Below are positions 29,760-39,523 of a stretch of DNA of 64,000 nucleotides, in pieces. Within the stretch, counting starts at the first letter, position 1, and each line of letters begins with the position of its first letter. This stretch comes from an uncultured Acidimicrobiia bacterium (GTDB lineage: Bacteria > Actinomycetota > Acidimicrobiia > Acidimicrobiales > Ilumatobacteraceae), in the NCBI GenBank assembly GCA_963841465.1, contig CAWJCQ010000006.1, positions 1,168,770-1,232,769 of the forward strand. The letters run 5' to 3'. A program made the translations under genes and the position numbers. A model generated the notes under the pieces. That model was not told where the DNA came from. It searched no databases and worked only from the letters and a program-made list of their open reading frames with translations.

Positions 29760-30218
29760 TCAATTCCTCGCCCACGGCACGCTCAAGCGAGGGTGCACGA
29801 GCAGGCGGATGCCGATGAGGCTGAGCAGAAGCAGACTGCTACTGGACGCCAAATCGGCGTACCACTGCCAGCCCACGGCGTCGTGGTGGCCTGTCAGCGG
29901 GCAGGCGATCGTTGTCGCCACCCAAACGACCCCCAGACCCGTTGACCACACCAACGCCTTTGACTGGCGGGCGACCGCGGCCACGACTGTGCCGAGTAGT
30001 CCAACCGTGAGCGCCAAGAACACGGCCGAGTCAACGAAGGTCGGCACAGCATTCGGATCGGCGGGTTCCGGGGTCAGGGCCATCACAACGACCAACAGCA
30101 GCGGCCACCCGGCTCCGACCGCCAACGCCCACGACCGGGGCAGCGGACGCGGTAGGCGCCGGACCCGAGGCACCGCGTCCGGCACTCGTGTGAGCTCGCT
30201 TACTCGGCGTCCGTCCAT
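29760..30218 (-). CDS. hypothetical integral membrane protein (about 4 TM segments)
   Basis: 152 aa with four hydrophobic stretches (WPLLLVVVMAL, AVFLALTVGLLGTVVAAV, GLGVVWVATTIA, SSSLLLLSLIGI). Confidence 0.45.
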   Translation of the reverse strand: MDGRRVSELTRVPDAVPRVRRLPRPLPRSWALAVGAGWPLLLVVVMALTPEPADPNAVPTFVDSAVFLALTVGLLGTVVAAVARQSKALVWSTGLGVVWVATTIACPLTGHHDAVGWQWYADLASSSSLLLLSLIGIRLLVHPRLSVPWARN

Positions 30219-30272
30219 GTCGACCTCCCAGCTCGGCGGACACCTCCAGTCTCGCGCTCACTGGTCAACGCG

Positions 30273-30592
30273 TCATCGACGCACATTGGCCAGCAGCCGA
30301 TCGACCACTCGCGCCGCGTCTGCGACATCGACACCACTGAGCCGCATGCGCTTCTGCCGGCTGGAGGCGCCCGAGATCACGCTGACGTCGGCCCGACTCA
30401 CGTTGAACTCCTTCGCCACCAGCTCGACCACTGCATCGTTGGCCCGGTTGCCGGTGGGCGGGGCGGCCACCCGCAGCTTCAGCGCGTCGCCGTAGCGGCC
30501 CACCACCTCGGTCGCCCTGCTCCGGGTTGCACGTGGACGGCGAGCACGGCGCCGCCGCCCTCGGCAGGACTGAGCTCTGGATGGTGCGACAT
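30273..30592 (-). pseudogene. DUF167 (YggU-like) protein with one apparent frameshift near 30520
   Basis: The ATG at 30592 gives MSHHPELSPAEGGGAVLAVHVQPGAG. The family core (RATEVVGRYGDALKLRVAAPPTGNRANDAVVELVAKEFNV...VISGASSRQKRMRLSG) is in another frame. The span is 320 nt, not a multiple of 3. Confidence 0.6.
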
Positions 30593-30918
30593 CAGCGCTC
30601 CTCGGTGTGCCCGAGAACTTCTTCGATCCAACCGAGCCCTGCGATCGCGGTCGGGAAGCCACAGGTCGTGATGGCGAGCAGGGCGACGTGCCTGATCTCG
30701 GCTGCCGTGTCGCCCGCCTCGAGCGCCTTGCGCGCGTTCGACCTCACCGCACCCTCGGCGAGCGAGCCGACCGCGAGTGCCACCTTGACGAGTCGTTGCG
30801 TGCGGGCGTCCAGAGGACCGCCCTGTTCAGTCGCCCGGCCAAGGTCGTCGAGGGCCTTGGCGACCTCCGGATGGGCCTCACGGAAGGCAAGGTAGATCGT
30901 CGGCAGATGCTGTTCCAT
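30592..30918 (-). CDS. carboxymuconolactone decarboxylase (AhpD-like) family protein
   Basis: 108 aa from the internal ATG: MEQHLPTIYLAFREAHPEVAKALDDLG...LDARTQRLVKVALAVG...EIRHVALLAITTCGFP. Stop overlaps the DUF167 ATG. Confidence 0.6.
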   Translation of the reverse strand: MEQHLPTIYLAFREAHPEVAKALDDLGRATEQGGPLDARTQRLVKVALAVGSLAEGAVRSNARKALEAGDTAAEIRHVALLAITTCGFPTAIAGLGWIEEVLGHTEER

Positions 30919-31129
30919 GCTTCCATTGAACGGCTTGTCCCGGCATCCGTCCACGCACAGGCGGGCACGTGGGGCTCTGGTAACGCTGAACTCGTTGATG
31001 GTGACAGCGATCGGCGCCGCTCGGCCAGTGGCGCTAGCACGCTCTCGGCGCGTCCGTAACGATGCTGGTATCGACGGGTACCTACGACGCAACCGAACGC
31101 CATCGTCGACCTCCTCAAGGTCGATACGT

Positions 31130-31382
31130 AACGGCATACATGTGGAGTGTGGAGCCGTCAACCGGTGCGATTGCCTCTATCGAGGCTGGTCCGGGCCGGA
31201 GGCCCGGACTCGGGGCGCGACGAGTCCGGCGTCGGACGCGTGTGCCGACGCCGCGGCGCGGTCATTCTTCTTGTTGGTCGGGTTGAGCCGGGGTCAAGGC
31301 CGGCCGTAGGCCGCCCGGAGGGCTTGGCCTTGACGCCGGCGATGGTGATGCCCCGAGATCGGGACAATGGTCTCGGCCCCGC
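31130..31382. repeat. copy 1 of a 253-bp perfect direct repeat (non-coding, hairpin-rich)
   Basis: I compared it base by base with 36921-37173 and found it identical. Contains GTGCGA at 31164 and at least 5 stems of 7-9 bp, e.g. GTCCGGGCC/GGCCCGGAC, GGCGTCGG/CCGACGCC, GTCAAGGCC/GGCCTTGAC. Confidence 0.95.
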
Positions 31383-31735
31383 ACGAACATCATCGACCTC
31401 CGCTCGCTCTGCCCCCCGATCATCATCCTCTCGGCACCGTCACCATGCAATGCCCCGACGACCCAACCGGACCGACCCGCTCGGCGCCGGCCGCGCACTC
31501 GCGCACGCCACCTGCATAGCCGGAGCACACCGAACGACGCACCGAACGACGGCAACCCGACCGGACGTCCGCGCACATATCGGCATGGTTGCGTCTCATG
31601 GGAGCTTGAACGGGCGGGTCGCGTGGTCGTTATCGGCCGCCTGCGCGAAGAGCACGTGCCCGCCGAGTTCACGCGCACTCCGGTGCGCTCGACGCGCGAC
31701 GCTCACGGAGTGCTCCCACGGGGTCTCGGTTAGCG

Positions 31736-32280
31736 ATGGTACTCACCGTGGCTGTGTGCGCCACCGAGGACCTTTCGGCCGCCCAGAAGGCCCGCATCAG
31801 CGACCTCTGCAACGCCGCCAACCACACAGACGCATTTCGCCACCTCTTCGTCCTGTACGTCCCGTCCGGCGGCCGGCACTTCCTTGGCTTCGACCACGAC
31901 GGCGTGCTCGCGAGCCACGCGGTGGTCACTACTCGGTGGGCCCAGCCCGGCGGCCACCCGCCCCAGCGCACAGCCTTCGTCGACGCAGTGGCGACAGACC
32001 CGACCCGTCAGCACGTCGGTCTGTCCACTGAGGCCATGGGTCGCCTCGGCCGCGAGCTCCACGACTTGCTCTCGGATGTCTGCAGACCGATCTACGAGGG
32101 TTCTACGAGCGCTTTGGGTGGGAGCTGTGGCGCGGGCCGCTCGCTGGGCGGCGCCACGGCGAGTTGGTGCCCACGCCCGACCAGCAGGGCGTGATGGTGC
32201 TCCGGCTGCCCTCGACCCTGCCACTCGACATCGACGGCTTGCTCAGCATCGAGTGGCAGCTGGACCGCTTCTGGGAATGA
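31736..32280 (+). pseudogene. GNAT N-acetyltransferase, AAC(2')-like, with one apparent frameshift near 32060-32098
   Basis: ORF 31736..32194 supplies ...HAVVTTRW...AFVDAVATDPTRQHVGLSTEAMGRLGREL. Another frame supplies LALGCLQTDLRGFYERFGWELWRGP...TPDQQGVMVLRLP...LSIEWQLDRFWE-stop (32280). The layout resembles AAC(2')-I as I recall it. The span is 545 nt. Confidence 0.6.
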
Positions 32281-32656
32281 ACGCATCCCAGCCGCCGCAG
32301 TGTCTCGGCCACGACCAGGACGGACCAGCCGAAGCTCGTCGCAGACCTGCGCAGCATCCTCCCGTGCGCCGAATGGACGCCAGCAGGCACTGTGGCTGTG
32401 CACCGAACGACGTGCCCGAAGACAAGGAGTCCACGACTCATCGCCGCACATATCGATGCTTCTATGGTTGTCAAGGGTCAATTCTTGGCGACGGTGCGGG
32501 CAGACCAGTGATGGGCCACTCGTGTGAGGGCAGGCTGTTATCAGGCCACGCGATGTCGCGAGAGCGGGTGGAGGTGGCGGGCCGACAGATCGTTATCAGG
32601 ACAGCCGTCGGCGTCGGGCATTTCGAGGGTCAGGCCCGTCACCTCGATCGTGAGCG

Positions 32657-33703
32657 CTAGACGCCGGGGAGGTGGCGATAGACCTCTCGGGCGACGTAGC
32701 GCTTGAGGACGCGCATGATCTCGCGTCTGCTGAGTCCTTGGGCGCTGCGACGTTCGACGTAGGCGCGGGTACGCGGGTCGGAGCTCATGCGGGTGAGCAC
32801 GATGCGCCACAGGGCGTGGTTGGCTTGCCGGTTGCCGCCTCGGTTCAACCGGTGACGGATGGTCTTGCCGGAGGAGGCGTGGATCGGTGCTGCGCCGCAG
32901 AGATGGGCGAAGGCGGCCTCGGAGGTGATCCGCTGGGCGTTGTCGCCGGCGGCGACGAGCAGCATCGCCGCGGTGTGGGGGCCGACGCCGTGCAACTCGA
33001 CGAGGCTCGGTGCCGTCGTGGCGACGAGGGCGGCGAGCTCGTTGTGGAGGCGGGCGCAGTCAGCGTCGATGTCGAGCACGCGGCGGCCGAGAATGTGCAT
33101 GGCCAGCTTGGTGGCGTACACGACCGGGTCGCCGTCGGGGTTGGGACGGAGTCCGGCGGCGGTCCGGCCAAGTGTGTCGGCGGTGACGTCACGGAACCGT
33201 TCCCGCAGCTCATCGGGGGCGCAGAAGCCGAGATGGCGGAGCTGGTTGAGGCACTTGATGCGGGCGTCGCGCCCGGAGCGGAAGGCGACGAGCAGCGCCC
33301 GGATCGCTTCCACGTTGCCGTCGGCGGTCTTCGCCACACCGTGGGCACGACCGCTCAGTGCCGCTCGAGCGGCCTCGATCGCGTCGATGGTGTCGGACTT
33401 GCCATGCTGGCGACGGGCCTGACGGTTGGGCCGGCTCACTTCGAGCACGGCCACCCCGGCGCCACGTAGGAAGCGGGCCAGGCCGGCCCCGTAGGCGCCG
33501 GTGCCTTCCACCTCGACTCGGCACAACGTGCCGAACGAACACGGCCACGCGTGCAGCTCGACGAACCCGGCAGTGGTCGTGGGGAACGACTCGACTGCGA
33601 GCACACCACCGTTGGCGTCCAGCGCGGCGGCGACATGAACATCCAGATGAGTGTCCACCCCACCGGTGATCGAGCGCGTCTCTACGATGATGGTCATCGC
33701 CAT
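32657..33703 (-). CDS. IS110-family transposase (DEDD recombinase), apparently intact
   Basis: 348 aa. N-terminal GGVDTHLDVHVAAALD (DEDD RuvC-like) and C-terminal LCGAAPIHASSGKTIRHRLNRGGNRQANHALW (Transposase_20 motif). Confidence 0.9.
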   Translation of the reverse strand: MAMTIIVETRSITGGVDTHLDVHVAAALDANGGVLAVESFPTTTAGFVELHAWPCSFGTLCRVEVEGTGAYGAGLARFLRGAGVAVLEVSRPNRQARRQHGKSDTIDAIEAARAALSGRAHGVAKTADGNVEAIRALLVAFRSGRDARIKCLNQLRHLGFCAPDELRERFRDVTADTLGRTAAGLRPNPDGDPVVYATKLAMHILGRRVLDIDADCARLHNELAALVATTAPSLVELHGVGPHTAAMLLVAAGDNAQRITSEAAFAHLCGAAPIHASSGKTIRHRLNRGGNRQANHALWRIVLTRMSSDPRTRAYVERRSAQGLSRREIMRVLKRYVAREVYRHLPGV

Positions 33704-34112
33704 CCCTTCTCAGTGAAGTGGTCAAGGGGTGGCACGCACGTCCCGGGAAGGAGACCGTGACGATCGGGCTGCGTCAACAGGCCGATCGATCACCCTCCGG
33801 AACGGGGCGTGCCCATGTTCGGCCCACGACTCCGATCGACAGGCATCTCTCAACGATCACGATGCATCAACAAGTCAGACCGAAGCCGCAGGAGCCGCCG
33901 ACCGTAGCCACCCTCAGCAAGCCAGTGGTGGACCACGAGTAGCGCCCACCTACATACACTGGCATCTCGTTGCTGGGCGTCGGAGCTTCACGTCGACCCG
34001 GCTCGGATGCCCCCTGCCGTCTGTTGACGAGGGTCCTGCCCACGGGTCGGGGCGCGCTCGTCGAGCGAGAACGCACTTCGCTCGTTGGTGGCGCCCGGTA
34101 GAAGGGAGCACG

Positions 34113-34409
34113 ATGGTCGCGTTCAATGAAGTGGTGGAGAAGATCACCGAGGCTGTGCGTCATGTGGAAGCTGACTCCGGCGCGTCGCCGGTGCTGGTGG
34201 CTGTCGTCGGGGAGTTCCAAGCAAAGCTCGCGAAGGCGAGGAAGTCTGCGTCCGGTGGCATCCCCGATCGTGACTCGGTGGTGGAGCTGGAGCAAGCCGG
34301 TGACAGCGCGAAGGTGGCCGCCGAGGCCGATGCCGGGTTGTCGGGCGATGCCCGAGAGTCGGTGCTCGCCGCTCACTTGGCCATCTGCAGACTGAAGGCT
34401 GGCGCCTGA
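34113..34409 (+). CDS. hypothetical small helical protein (98 aa)
   Basis: ATG 34113 is preceded by GAAGGGAG. Sequence MVAFNEVVEKITEAVRHVEADSG...; no known motif recognised. Confidence 0.35.
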   Translation: MVAFNEVVEKITEAVRHVEADSGASPVLVAVVGEFQAKLAKARKSASGGIPDRDSVVELEQAGDSAKVAAEADAGLSGDARESVLAAHLAICRLKAGA

Positions 34410-34562
34410 CCGCACGACGCTGGTGGACCCACGAACGTCGTTGCCGGTACCGGGTTCGGCCGATGGCGACCGGCCAGCAGACGTCGGTCGTCGACCGGTG
34501 AGGGAGCGCGCCCGAACGACCGCACCGCACCGATCGGCACGTCCGTGCGCGCCGAGCTCGGA

Positions 34563-34928
34563 TTATCGATGTCGTTGTCGGACGAACACGGTTCCGCCGC
34601 GTGTGATGAGTTCGCCTCGCCCCAGCGGCCACACCCGTGTCAGGAGTCGGTAGCCGGCGTCGGCGCCGGGGATCTTGGCGAACACTCCCTGGGGCCCACG
34701 AATCATGCGGCCGGTGGCGACGTCATAGCGGGCGCCGTGCCAGGGGCACACCAAGCATCCCTCACGGTCGGTTGATCCGTCGGCAAGATCGGCACCCAGG
34801 TGTCGACAACGGCGGGTCACCGCGAACAGCTCGCCGTTCGCATTCCCGACCGCGTAATCGCCTGCTCCACGGACGACACCAGGCGCCAGCTCGGACGCCG
34901 GCCCCACCTCAACTTCGTTGGCGGTCAT
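34563..34928 (-). CDS. Rieske [2Fe-2S] domain protein
   Basis: 121 aa. CRHLGADL ... CPWHGARYD (CxH / CxxH Rieske ligands). Confidence 0.8.
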   Translation of the reverse strand: MTANEVEVGPASELAPGVVRGAGDYAVGNANGELFAVTRRCRHLGADLADGSTDREGCLVCPWHGARYDVATGRMIRGPQGVFAKIPGADAGYRLLTRVWPLGRGELITRGGTVFVRQRHR

Positions 34929-35186
34929 CGAGTGTCCCTTCGACTTCGCGGCGACGATACCGGCGGGCGGCGATCGTTCGGCGAACCACCACGTCAGCGC
35001 CGCTGACCTCGCTCACCCCAGCGGCCGACACCGGGCCAAGGCACCCCGCGAGCGCGTCCGCACACGTTGCGGCCGGCCGGGCAGGCCGCCTGCGGCACAA
35101 ACCGGCGTCGAACCGAAGTCCGCGCCCACGGGGCCAGACGATGCCGATCGCTCCCAGCTGGTGGCCGCCGACCGTACGATCATCGC

Positions 35187-35444
35187 GTGGCCCACGCCTC
35201 ACCCTCGCCGACACCGAACCCAAACGCAATGAAGTTCACCTTGGACACCACCCTCCCGGATGTGCTCAACGTCGCCACCGCAGAAGCCGCAGCCGGCCAC
35301 CGCTTCGCTGAGGCTGTGTTCGCAGCAGAAGGTGTCGCCTCGATCTACGCAGTGAACGACTTCGTCACGGTCACCCGCCAGCCCGGCTTCGAATGGGATC
35401 CAATCGTGGCAGCAGTCATCGCCGCAGCCGCCACCGCTCTGTGA
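35187..35444 (+). CDS. Nfu/NifU N-terminal (Nfu_N) scaffold-like domain protein
   Basis: GTG 35187 gives VAHASPSPTPNPNAMKFTLD...ASIYAVNDFVTVTR. TPNPNAMKF is the hallmark N-terminus of the Nfu_N domain. Confidence 0.6.
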   Translation: MAHASPSPTPNPNAMKFTLDTTLPDVLNVATAEAAAGHRFAEAVFAAEGVASIYAVNDFVTVTRQPGFEWDPIVAAVIAAAATAL

Positions 35445-36040
35445 CACCGATCCGAGCCCCACTCGACCCGAACAGACCGGCGCGGGCCCCATACTTACGT
35501 TCGACCGCGCCATAACGCTCGCCCCGAACGTCAGCGCCGGCCCGCGCCTCGACGCGCCCTAACAAGCAGGCATCACCGGCGCGGACCGTCGGTGCGCATC
35601 CCGACTGAACCGCCGGGAGCGTTCGGTGCCCACCGCCGTCCCCCGAAGGCGAACGCGGGACTGTCAACGCTCGGCCTGACCTGCGGCCCAGCTCGCTATG
35701 GTTCCCGAACATTCGTTCGTAGTACGTCACCGAGTCCTCGACGGCCAACGGCGCCCGCTCTGTCCGCGCTCACGCTCTTGGTAGAGGTCGGCTTGCTGCT
35801 TCATGCACTACCAAGGGGCGTACGCCGAGTCGCTGTAGCCCTTCGTCGATGGGTAGATCGACTCGTACTCCCTGCGGCGTTGGGCCCAACAGGCCGCCAA
35901 GTATCTCAACAGCAACACAGCCTGTGAGCGATGATGGCGGTCCGCAGCACCCAGCGAAACGGGCCTGGCGGGCGGCCGCTCCGGCGGGCCGCCCCCGCCC
36001 GTGCCAACGACGAGAAGCGGCCACTGCCGGGTGGGTGAGT

Positions 36041-36517
36041 TCAGCCGTTGTCGATCTGGCTGAGCGGCCCCGAGGCCGTGATGGTGACCGTGCCGATCGG
36101 GGAGTCGCCGCAGGCGTCGGTGGCGCTGCCCCTCACCGTGTAGCGGCCCGAGCCGGTGTAGCCCGCCCATTCGCCGGTGCCGTTGCCCAGCACGTACGTG
36201 CCCTTCTCCATGAAGCTGAAGGTGCATTTCTTCTCGCTGAAGTGGTCCACCGAGTGCAGCGGCGCGTGGAACACGGTGATCGTGCCGTTGGCGCCGAAGT
36301 CGAAGAGGTCTTCGGTGTCGCTGATCACGATGTCCGTGCCGGTGTCGTTGATGACGCCGGACGCGGTCACCGGACCGCCACCTTCTTCGGTGATGTCTGC
36401 TATCAGCGTGAACGTCTCGGTGCCGACCTTTGTCGGCGCCGCCGAAGCCTGTCCGCCGACGGTCGCCACTCCCGCAGCGACCACGGCGGCAGAGATCAAG
36501 ACGTGGCGCAAGCGCAT
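36041..36517 (-). CDS. secreted hypothetical protein (signal peptide)
   Basis: ATG 36517 is preceded by CAGGAGGAAC. MRLRHVLISAAVVAAGVATVGGQASA-AP signal peptide. 158 aa. Confidence 0.5.
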   Translation of the reverse strand: MRLRHVLISAAVVAAGVATVGGQASAAPTKVGTETFTLIADITEEGGGPVTASGVINDTGTDIVISDTEDLFDFGANGTITVFHAPLHSVDHFSEKKCTFSFMEKGTYVLGNGTGEWAGYTGSGRYTVRGSATDACGDSPIGTVTITASGPLSQIDNG

Positions 36518-36920
36518 GCTGTTCCTCCTGTGGGATGCCTGATGGATCCGGCCTGTCGCCGCCCCCCAGCGATCCGGACAGGTATCAACGTGCCAACCCC
36601 ACTGCACACCGCCCACGTTCCCGCCCATGCCCGCTCCGCCCTTCGGCCGGTCTCGACAGACCTGGCTGAACCGTACGGCGGCCAGTCCGACCAGTCAAGG
36701 GTGACACGACGACCGACGGAGCCACGACCGGACAGCTCTGTTGTCAAGGATCGCCCCGGCGATTGGCGAGCACAGGGTTGAGGCCGCCTGGATGAAGCTG
36801 CCCGCCAGCGGCGACTCGCCAGCGCCTCCCGCCGGTCCGCGAGTGGGCGCGGCGGCGCCGCACAGCACAGCCGAACGACAGCGCAGAATGTCGGCCGGAC
36901 ACGTAACGGGGGCCGCCCAG

Positions 36921-37173
36921 AACGGCATACATGTGGAGTGTGGAGCCGTCAACCGGTGCGATTGCCTCTATCGAGGCTGGTCCGGGCCGGAGGCCCGGAC
37001 TCGGGGCGCGACGAGTCCGGCGTCGGACGCGTGTGCCGACGCCGCGGCGCGGTCATTCTTCTTGTTGGTCGGGTTGAGCCGGGGTCAAGGCCGGCCGTAG
37101 GCCGCCCGGAGGGCTTGGCCTTGACGCCGGCGATGGTGATGCCCCGAGATCGGGACAATGGTCTCGGCCCCGC
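36921..37173. repeat. copy 2 of the 253-bp perfect direct repeat
   Basis: Identical to 31130-31382. Ends 280 bp from the stop codon of the IS110-family pseudogene. Flanks on both sides are unrelated to those of copy 1, except for an ACGTAACGG just upstream. Confidence 0.95.
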
Positions 37174-37452
37174 CCCTGGGGCGGGGCCTGCTTGCCCTTC
37201 CCCTACTGTCCGCGCTTGGCGTGGTCGTCGGTGCGGTGTGGGTGGGCACGGTGAACCTGGCTTCGGTCCTCGTGCGAGCGAGGGGCGGGCAGCCCGGATG
37301 TCGGGTGCCTGGGCATACCTTCGTCACGCCCGACAATGCGGGGTGAGCATGAAGCCGTACGGTCACGACCACGACCAGCTCACTCATTTGCGTCGACCAC
37401 ACCTGGTGGTGGGTCATGCCGTTCCCGAGCTGCGTCGTGGCCGTGCCCGACA

Positions 37453-38467
37453 TCACGCCGCGTCAGTGGCGAGGCAACGGATCTCACCGTCGCGCAGGCC
37501 GTAGTAGACGAGCGTGAGGAGATGACGGGCCGCGGCGACCCGTCCGATGTTGCGGCCCCGGCGGGCGCCGACACGTGCTTTGACCGAGGCGATCCGCGGG
37601 TCGCGGACCGCCCCGGAGACCGCTTCGACCGCGGCCCAGCGCAGCAGCCGGGAGCCTTGCTTGGTGATGTGTCCACGATGGGTGTGGGCGTCGGACTCGC
37701 GCAGCCGAGGGGTCAGCCCGGCCCACGAGCACAACCGGCGCGGGTTGTCGAACCGGCCGACGTCGCCGATCTCGGGCGACGAACACCGCCGCCAACACCG
37801 GACCGACGCCACGCAACGCCTGCACCGCCTCGTAGCCGGGATGACCCTTCAGCCGACGGTGGATGGCCACGTCGCACTGGGTGATCTCGCGGTCATAGAG
37901 CTCGATCAGGTCACGCAGCGACTCGATCCGATCGACGTACACGTCGCCCAGCTGCAGCCCGTCCAGCCACTGCTGGCCGCCACCGCGCCAGATGTCGTCG
38001 AGCTGCGGGATCACCCCCTCCTTGCCGAGGGTCTGATGGACCTGCTGCTTCAACCCGGACCGCAGCCGACCCAACTTGGCCCGATAGCGGACGATCTCAC
38101 GCAACTGGCGCACCTCGGGCGGTGCCACCCACGCCTCCGGGAGACGACCCAGACGCAGCAGGTCGGCGAGCAGCGTGGCATCGCGGATGTCGTTCTTGAC
38201 CCGCCGGTTCTCGTAGCCGGCGATCCCCAACGGATGGGCCAGATGCAACCGGGCCCCGCACTCGGCGATCACGTCGGCCGCCCAATACCAGCCCCAGCAC
38301 GCCTCCATCGCCACCTCCGCCTCCGGTCCGCCGGCGGCGACGATCTCAGCAGCCAGGTTGGCTGGCGTGTTGTCGATCCGACTCCACGACACCCGCTCGC
38401 CATCCTCGTTCAAAACGACGACAACCGACCGGCGCCGGTGCAGATCGATCCCTACGTACGATCCCAT
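37453..38467 (-). pseudogene. IS110-family transposase with one frameshift near 37790-37812
   Basis: N-terminal YVGIDLHRRRSVVVVLNEDG... through LRGVGPVLAAVFVA is in ORF 37484..38467. IGDVGRFDNPRRLCSWAGLTPRLRESDAHTHRGHITKQGSRLLRWA is in ORF 37453..37812. Confidence 0.8.
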
Positions 38468-38632
38468 GTGAGCCTCCTCGCTCGAGGGTTGGTGTTAAGC
38501 AACCTCAAGCTTCATCCGGAGTAGAGGACCGAACCAACAGCGGGGAGGCTCAACCCTCCGACCAACTCCACATGGCATCATTGATGTCGGAGTGATGACC
38601 CGGTCGAGCGAGGCGACGCGCCGAGCGCTCGG

Positions 38633-39523
38633 TCAGCGGGGGCGGTCGCCGCGAATCGTGATGCGGCGCATGACACGGCGCTGGCCGCGGTAGTCGTGGA
38701 GCGCGAAGTGCTGGACGCTGCGGTTGTCCCACATGGCAACTGATCCGGGCTGCCACCGGAAGCGGCATGTGCGCTCCTCGGCCGTCGCCTGCTTGAAGAG
38801 GAACGCCAGCAGCGCCTTGGACTCGGACCGGTGCATGCCCTTGATGCCGATCGTGAACGCGGGGTTCACATACAAACCCTTACGCCCCGTCTCCGGGTGC
38901 GTGCGTACGACCGGATGCTCCACCCGGCTCGCCGCCGCCTCAACCGCACCGCGCGTCACGATCGCCGAGCTCTGCGTCGAGTACCCGGCGCCGCCGTACT
39001 GCGGACCGGCCGAGTGAATCCCGACGAGACCATCGAGGAGGGTCTTCATCGTGTCGCTGAGCGCGTCGTAGGCCGCGAGCTGGCTGGCGAACAGGGTGTC
39101 GCCGCCGTAGGGCGGCAGCTCGACGGCATACAGGATCGAGCCCAGATCGGGCTCAGGCAGGAACGTCACGTCGCTGTGCCAGCCGCCACCAAAGTTCACC
39201 CGATCGTCGGACTCGGTGACGACGTCGATGATCTCCGGATGCTCGGCGTTCGCGGCGACGTACGGGTGCCTCCCCAGCTCGCCGAACCGGCGTCCGAAAG
39301 CGATCTGCTGCTCCGGCGTCAGCTGCTGATCACGGAAGAAGAGCACCTGGTGCTCGTTGAACGCGCTGCGCAACCGCCCCACGGCGTCGTCGTCGAGCGG
39401 CGCCGCGAGGTCAAGTCCGTGGACGTCGGCGCCGATGACCCCGCTGACGGGAGCGATCTCGAACGTCGGTGCCACGACCCCGATGGTACGACCGGCCGCC
39501 GCCCAGCCAACGACCACCCCCAC
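38633..39523 (-). CDS. TauD/TfdA-family Fe(II)/2-oxoglutarate dioxygenase
   Basis: 296 aa. IGADVHGLDL..., GGGWHSDVTFLPEP (HxD), WQPGSVAMWDNRSVQH, RRVMRRITI. Start may be an internal GTG. Confidence 0.85.
   Translation of the reverse strand: MGVVVGWAAAGRTIGVVAPTFEIAPVSGVIGADVHGLDLAAPLDDDAVGRLRSAFNEHQVLFFRDQQLTPEQQIAFGRRFGELGRHPYVAANAEHPEIIDVVTESDDRVNFGGGWHSDVTFLPEPDLGSILYAVELPPYGGDTLFASQLAAYDALSDTMKTLLDGLVGIHSAGPQYGGAGYSTQSSAIVTRGAVEAAASRVEHPVVRTHPETGRKGLYVNPAFTIGIKGMHRSESKALLAFLFKQATAEERTCRFRWQPGSVAMWDNRSVQHFALHDYRGQRRVMRRITIRGDRPR

Noticed and set aside
31126-31387. Target-site duplication flanking the 253-bp repeat (ACGTA/ACGAA at copy 1; CCCAG/CCCTG at copy 2)
   Set aside because: Only 4 of 5 bases match at each copy, and the boundaries are ambiguous by 1 nt. 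This is not enough to claim transposition, so it is mentioned only as a weak hint in the finding.
35690-35960. Minus-strand protein-like text (…LRYLAACWAQRRREYESIYPSTKGYSDSAYAPW / …AVEDSVTYYERMFGNHSELG), possibly a gene relic
   Set aside because: It is interrupted by several stops and frame changes, and I cannot recognise any family. There is too little to call even as a pseudogene.
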